From positions 64,001 through 128,000 of the forward strand of contig JBBCAW010000012.1 in the NCBI GenBank assembly GCA_051382295.1: DNA of 64,000 nt, in the 5' to 3' direction. How positions within the stretch are numbered: the first letter of the stretch is position 1; every line of letters starts with the position of its first letter. Shown here piece by piece: positions 58,806-64,000 of this stretch. The position numbers were made by a program, and so were the translations under genes. The notes under the pieces are model-generated. The model was not told where the DNA came from and did not search any database. It was given only the letters and a program-made list of their open reading frames with translations. The stretch comes from Bdellovibrionota bacterium FG-1. GTDB taxonomy: Bacteria; Bdellovibrionota; UBA1018.

Positions 58806-60461
58806 TTACTTCTTTTTGATGGGTTCTGGAACCGGAATTAATGGTTTACCTGGTTCAGGCGGAGCGCCAGCGGCCCCGGATAGGGGATTTGGAGCTTGGG
58901 GCAGAGAAGGCATGCCCGTAGGGAGTCCAGCTGGCGTCTCTTTTTTGATAAAGTAATCGCGGGTTCGCGGAAGCTCGTTTTCGATGACCGGATCAATGAT
59001 GAAGACTTCTTTCTTTTGAGAACTGAGGTCTCTTGCGTAGAGCTTGCCTCCATTTTTCCAGAAAACGAGTTGTCGCTTGCTGCCGCCTTTTTCGTCCGCA
59101 AATTTGATCGTTGTACCATCGGCCTCGCCGGGTGGAATCGAGGTGGTGAAGTCCTGAATGCGATTTCCAGAGATGCGATCCAAAAAGTTTTGAACTTTGT
59201 CGTTATTGGGTTCAGTCTTCTCGCCCTCGATTGACCATTTGCCATCCTGATTTTTGAGGACTAAAGGAGTATTTCCGAGCGCTTTGCTCGTAAATTCGAC
59301 TCGCTTCGCCCCAAATCGCTCCATTGACGTCAGGAGTTTAGCGAGCCGGAAGCTCTTGAATTCCTTGTCCAAGCGTTCAATCGAATTTGCGTCTAACTCG
59401 TATACCGGGTCGAGGGTGGAGACTGTGGCATAAAGCTTTGTGGTGGGTAATGGCTTTGCATTGGCCGCCTTTTTAGCCGAAGTTTCGCTTTTTTGAAAAA
59501 GAGTCAAGGTGACCGGAGCGGGCGCTTCTTTAGCGGTTCCCTTCTCGGGCCGAAGGGTCAGGCTCAAGGCCTTTTTTGCACCTTTGAGGGCCAATTGTGC
59601 CTTGGGGTCAGTCTGGGTGTCTGCGACGAAACTCTTGGCTGTCAAATAGGTTGCGGCGGTGAGGACATTATCAATACCTTCAATATCACCAGGGAATTCC
59701 TCGGTTTTGCCAATCAGATTGAGAGTCCATTGTCCGTTTTTGCGAACACCATGAATTTTTGTCTTAGAACCTAACAGCGTGAACTCATCAATTTCGTGGG
59801 CTGAAACGGTCATGAGTTTTTTGTCGCGCCAATAGTTCAGGTCGTGATCAAAGTTGCTCTTGAAGTAATTGGGTACTAGATACACCTTGGTCTCGTCGAC
59901 CTTGCCGGTAGGTTTCTGACCCGCTCCCACGGTTTCGGCTACGGCAAAAATAGTTTCTCCGATCGGGTGATTGAGACCGAGATACAAAACGGTTGCCCCG
60001 TTCGGGGTGGCTACTTCAATTTTTTTGATCGAGGTCTGCGCCCGCGAGGGAGCATCCAGGCCGTATTCCTTCAGTAGCGCTGAACGTTTCTCGGGTGTTT
60101 CTTCTTTGAGTTCGATGACTTCACTGGAGGTGAGATTATTCAGTGCCGAAATCAAAGCATTGGCATTGGCTTCGTCCGCTTTGAGCTTCAGTGGCTGGGT
60201 GAGTTCCCATTTGGAGTGATCCCCAGGTTTGCATAGCGCCGCGTTTTGCTCCGAGCATCGGACTTCGTAGGTGTGACCTATTCCATCCTGAAGGGCAACA
60301 GAATTAACTCTAAGGTCTTTGAGGTTAAAGAGTTTTTTATTCTGCTCTTCGCGAGATTCCTTCTCGGGCCTGTGCTTGTATTCAAGCCAATAAGTAGCGG
60401 AGCCCAGGGTGAACAGGGCACCGGCTAGAATAGCTTGTTTGGTCCAATTGACTTGTGCCAT
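58806..60461 (-). CDS. DUF4340 domain protein
   Basis: N-terminal TM; W----P----AD, YGL, WRDK-L; typical GldAFG operon partner. Confidence 0.8.
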   Translation of the reverse strand: MAQVNWTKQAILAGALFTLGSATYWLEYKHRPEKESREEQNKKLFNLKDLRVNSVALQDGIGHTYEVRCSEQNAALCKPGDHSKWELTQPLKLKADEANANALISALNNLTSSEVIELKEETPEKRSALLKEYGLDAPSRAQTSIKKIEVATPNGATVLYLGLNHPIGETIFAVAETVGAGQKPTGKVDETKVYLVPNYFKSNFDHDLNYWRDKKLMTVSAHEIDEFTLLGSKTKIHGVRKNGQWTLNLIGKTEEFPGDIEGIDNVLTAATYLTAKSFVADTQTDPKAQLALKGAKKALSLTLRPEKGTAKEAPAPVTLTLFQKSETSAKKAANAKPLPTTKLYATVSTLDPVYELDANSIERLDKEFKSFRLAKLLTSMERFGAKRVEFTSKALGNTPLVLKNQDGKWSIEGEKTEPNNDKVQNFLDRISGNRIQDFTTSIPPGEADGTTIKFADEKGGSKRQLVFWKNGGKLYARDLSSQKKEVFIIDPVIENELPRTRDYFIKKETPAGLPTGMPSLPQAPNPLSGAAGAPPEPGKPLIPVPEPIKKK

Positions 60462-60488
60462 TTGTCACCGCCTTTTTTTACTAAAATC

Positions 60489-62048
60489 CTAGAGTCTGCG
60501 TCGTAAAATCCAAATCACAATACCAGCTATGGAAATCAGGAGTGGAAGCACAACGACCGTCACTAAAAAGATCACGGTTCCTTGCTTTTGCGAAAGCTCC
60601 ACTTTGCCTGGTCCGTCTTCTTTTGCTCGAATCGAGATCAAGCTTTCGTCTTCCATAATCCAAGAGATCGTATTGAGAAAGAGATCGAGGTTGCCGCCGA
60701 AGCGCTGGTAGTTATTGCTTGCGAAAAGTGAGGTTCCAAAAACCACTAAACGGGTGTTTTTGGTGGCTTTTGAGTCCTTGAGTTTGCCATCAATCGCCAT
60801 GGCGACCGATAAGGGGCCGTTGCGATCCTTGCCCTCTGTGAAGCGTACCTGGCCGCTAGCGAGTTCTTTCATATCCGCGACTGCCCAACTCTTGGGAGTG
60901 GTCTGGGCAAGCCAAACGGGATTGACGCCTGCTGCGGTATTTCCTGCAGCCTCAATAGGACGGCTAAAAGGAAAGTAGCAATTGGTCTGAAAGTCTTTGG
61001 TAATTGCCTGATCTTTGTTAAACGACGCCAGAATGGGGACTGATGCATCGACTCCCAGCATTTTCGAAAGAGGATCGACGATCATCGAGCTGGTGGCCTT
61101 GATATTCCAGGTGTTCAGGAGTGCGGCGAGCTCGGGAGCGTACTCGCCCCCCTTTATGTTGATGTCGAGTGCCAAAAACAGGTGGCCCCCGTTTGCAAGG
61201 AACTCACGAAGAATCTTAATTTCAGGGTCAAAGAAGGATTTTTGCGGCCCTACGATAGCAACGGCATCACAGGTATCCGGAATTTTGCCTTCTTGAACAA
61301 TATTGAGATCTTTGATTTCGTATGCTTGATTGAGCAATGCTTTTTTGGCGGTGTCGTAGCCATCCGTCTCAGTGCTCGAAAAGTTTTTTTCGCCGTGACC
61401 TGTCACCGTACACAAAGTCGGGGTCTTTTCTTTGGTCAACTTAATGAGCGCGTTAGTGACCTTTTCTTCGGTCGGTTCTTCAAGCTTATTTTCGCGTGCG
61501 CCTACGACGAGCTGCAGAGTGCCGTATTTTTTGATTCCAACCTGTTTGGCTCGGGTGGGTTCACGATCTGGATCGACATATTCGACCTCAAATTTGCCCG
61601 GATTGATTTGCTTGTAATTGTCCAAAAGGGGTCTGAACTGTTCGCGTCCCTGCATTTTAGCAAAGAGAACCGCTTTGACCGGGGTTTTAAGGCCTTTAAC
61701 AAGTTTAAAGGTTTGATCCGAAAGCGTGTGCGTTTTGTTCTTGGTGAGGTCGAGCTTTTGCGGATAGCGATAGCCAATAAAGTTGACGACGCCAACGATC
61801 GCGATCACCAACAGTATCGTTATCAATGAATTGAGACCGTAGGCCGCTGTGCGTCCCCTGAGGGCGGCTGCGTTTTGCTGAACGAGTACGCCTAAGACTG
61901 CGATCAAGGGAAGACCAATGATGATGGTGAGCCAGAGTACCTCAGGGTAGACTGCTCGCGCAAAAAGCATCGCTAGGATAAGAAATCCAGCTGCGCCCCA
62001 AAGAAGAAAAGTAAACCTACCGGAGTTTTTTTGTTCAGGTGTTGCCAT
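60489..62048 (-). CDS. GldG-family ABC transporter auxiliary component
   Basis: DLT-NK--TLS-QT, VDP--EP, GHGE, N-DLFLN---W, C-terminal TM. Confidence 0.88.
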   Translation of the reverse strand: MATPEQKNSGRFTFLLWGAAGFLILAMLFARAVYPEVLWLTIIIGLPLIAVLGVLVQQNAAALRGRTAAYGLNSLITILLVIAIVGVVNFIGYRYPQKLDLTKNKTHTLSDQTFKLVKGLKTPVKAVLFAKMQGREQFRPLLDNYKQINPGKFEVEYVDPDREPTRAKQVGIKKYGTLQLVVGARENKLEEPTEEKVTNALIKLTKEKTPTLCTVTGHGEKNFSSTETDGYDTAKKALLNQAYEIKDLNIVQEGKIPDTCDAVAIVGPQKSFFDPEIKILREFLANGGHLFLALDINIKGGEYAPELAALLNTWNIKATSSMIVDPLSKMLGVDASVPILASFNKDQAITKDFQTNCYFPFSRPIEAAGNTAAGVNPVWLAQTTPKSWAVADMKELASGQVRFTEGKDRNGPLSVAMAIDGKLKDSKATKNTRLVVFGTSLFASNNYQRFGGNLDLFLNTISWIMEDESLISIRAKEDGPGKVELSQKQGTVIFLVTVVVLPLLISIAGIVIWILRRRL

Positions 62049-62057
62049 AAAAGTTGA

Positions 62058-62822
62058 TTACCTCCAGCGAAAAGAATCCAGCGCTCGGTGGGTTAAGAAA
62101 AGACCGATGCCGATAAACGAACAATAAAATAATACGTCCGTTGTATTTATCAGCCCTTGGCTGAAGTTGTTGTAATGATTAATGAGGGACATATAGAGTA
62201 AAATATCGCTCCATACCGGACCGGCTGCTTGGGTGGCCCAGCTAATCAGCCAAAAAAACAAGCCTGCCGCAAAGGTCAATGCCCCTGCGACGATTTGATT
62301 TTCGGTGAGTGCCGAGAAAAGGACACCTAAAGAAAGGTAGCAAGAGGCTAAAAGAAGTGTGCCGATATAGCTCGTGACAATAGGTCCTAAATCGGGGTTT
62401 CCAGTCATAAAGAGCACGACCGGATAGACCAAGGTGAAGGCCAGCATGATCGCTACGAGCAAGAAAGAAGATAAAAATTTGCCCAAGATGATTTCGGTCA
62501 ACGTCACAGGTGACGTCATCAAAAGTTCAATGGTGTGCTGCTTTCGTTCTTCAGCAAAAAGCCGCATCGTGATGAATGGCACCAAAAATAGAAAAATCAC
62601 GTTCATATTGCCGTAAAGCGGGCGAATAATACCATCGGTGATACTGGTTCCTTTTCCCATGTTAAATTGCTGATATTGCAGATTTTGCAAATTAAAGTGG
62701 GAAAGGTTGAAAAAGAACATCCAGCCCATGATGACCATGAAGCCGGCGATGACAATATAAGCGATCGGTGAAGTAAAGTAGGCGCGAAAATCTCTTCGCG
62801 CGATCGTCCAGATGTTTCTCAT
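62058..62822 (-). CDS. GldF-like ABC-2 permease
   Basis: YF-SPIAY, TMRLFAEERK--TIELL-TSP, GKF, TENQI. Confidence 0.9.
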   Translation of the reverse strand: MRNIWTIARRDFRAYFTSPIAYIVIAGFMVIMGWMFFFNLSHFNLQNLQYQQFNMGKGTSITDGIIRPLYGNMNVIFLFLVPFITMRLFAEERKQHTIELLMTSPVTLTEIILGKFLSSFLLVAIMLAFTLVYPVVLFMTGNPDLGPIVTSYIGTLLLASCYLSLGVLFSALTENQIVAGALTFAAGLFFWLISWATQAAGPVWSDILLYMSLINHYNNFSQGLINTTDVLFYCSFIGIGLFLTHRALDSFRWR

Positions 62823-62850
62823 GGCACGCTCCTATCCATTGGCTGAGGGG

Positions 62851-63786
62851 TTAGTGGGTTTCGTGATTTTCGACAGTGGTCAGTTGTAAGAAGATCTCTT
62901 CGAGGCTCACGCGTTCGGTGCTGAATTCCAGAACTCCCATTCCCTGTGTTACTGCTGTTTCGACGATTTTGTCGCGAATTTCGCTCTGATTGGGGGCGAT
63001 TTCCACCACGAGCTTGTTGTTTTGTGAAGTCACGTTGCTTACGCCGCTCATTTTTCGAATTGCCTCGAGGCCGGCGGGTAGGGGGTTTTTCACCTCAAGT
63101 GAGTAAATCAGCCCTTTTTTCAGGCGCAAGGTGAGTTTCTCGATCGTGTCTTCAGCAACAATTAAGCCCTTATTGATAACGATGATTCGCTGACAAGTGG
63201 CGGTGACCTCAGGAAGAATATGGGAACTCAAAATGATGGTGTGTTCCCCACCCAAACTCTTAATTAATTCGCGGATCTCAATGATCTGCTTGGGGTCAAG
63301 GCCGACGGTGGCTTCATCCAGAATCAGTACGGGTGGATTATGAACCAAGGCTTGAGCGAGACCGACACGTTGACGATAGCCCTTTGAGAGATTACCAATG
63401 AGGCGGCCTCGAACGTCCCCGAGTGCGGTCTTTTGAATGGCGTTATCAGCGGCCGAGCGAAGTTTGGATCTTTCGACTCCATGGAGGCTTGCGGCAAATT
63501 CGAGATAATCGCGCACGGTCATTTCCAGGTAGACTGGGGGAGTTTCAGGAAGAAAACCGACTTGCCGTTTGACGGCGATCGGATCTTCAAAAACATCATG
63601 GCCGGCGATGGTGGCTTTGCCGCTCGTTGCCGGCATAAACCCCGTCAGAATTTTCATCGTGGTGGATTTTCCGGCGCCATTGGGACCGAGAAAACCGACG
63701 ATTTCACCTTTTTTGACTTCAAAGCTCAAATCGTTGACTGCGGTACGAGCGCCGTACATTTTGGTGAGATGCGAAACATGGATCAT
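62851..63786 (-). CDS. GldA-like ABC ATP-binding protein
   Basis: GPNGAGKSTT, LSKGYRQRVG, LDE-TVGLDP-Q, SSHIL. Confidence 0.92.
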   Translation of the reverse strand: MIHVSHLTKMYGARTAVNDLSFEVKKGEIVGFLGPNGAGKSTTMKILTGFMPATSGKATIAGHDVFEDPIAVKRQVGFLPETPPVYLEMTVRDYLEFAASLHGVERSKLRSAADNAIQKTALGDVRGRLIGNLSKGYRQRVGLAQALVHNPPVLILDEATVGLDPKQIIEIRELIKSLGGEHTIILSSHILPEVTATCQRIIVINKGLIVAEDTIEKLTLRLKKGLIYSLEVKNPLPAGLEAIRKMSGVSNVTSQNNKLVVEIAPNQSEIRDKIVETAVTQGMGVLEFSTERVSLEEIFLQLTTVENHETH

Positions 63787-64000
63787 CTTGGATAGACCTC
63801 ACGGTTGTTTACGTCTTTGAGTTTTCGATCATGATAAATTCTAGGGTCTACGTCAACCAAAAGTTATCAAGATGTTCCATGAAATCGGTGGTTTCGGGGG
63901 GTGGGAGATTAAAATTTTTTAATTACAGCTCGACCGGGAATAGAAAATCGCCCATCTTGTTTGGAGTGTCGCCGAGATTACTCCACGGAAATTTACCGTT

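Overview
A 64-kb bacterial chromosomal segment, most likely from a Bdellovibrionota (Oligoflexia/Bdellovibrionia-like) organism. This is inferred from a TIGR02147-like regulator, a lipoprotein with a GGG-x-VVC...LLDLYE motif and a RAYT-type transposase remnant. The core genes are a split transketolase, queG, rimO, yajQ, smc-lolA, glyQS-ppdK, an MsbA-like ABC exporter, a galE-gmhB fusion, recO, an M32 carboxypeptidase, a tdk-upp-hpt-GHMP kinase-DUF429-oppBC operon and a GldAFG-like ABC operon. Accessory patches hold the 3' end of a giant Ig-repeat surface protein, orphan or decayed type II toxin-antitoxin (TA) genes and several pseudogenes. The main finding lies between yajQ and smc: three ~350-390-bp direct repeats (21712, 22621, 25314). 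Each encodes an intact 46-aa basic/hydrophobic peptide on the minus strand that the ORF track missed. Each peptide has a strong Shine-Dalgarno (SD) held in a hairpin, long-range end-to-end complementarity and a variable leader window, which is the architecture of a multicopy type I TA family. Second finding: a ~400-nt, hairpin-rich unit between lolA and ppdK has its own promoter and terminator and looks like an unidentified structured ncRNA. All family calls come from motif recognition by eye; no database searches were run.
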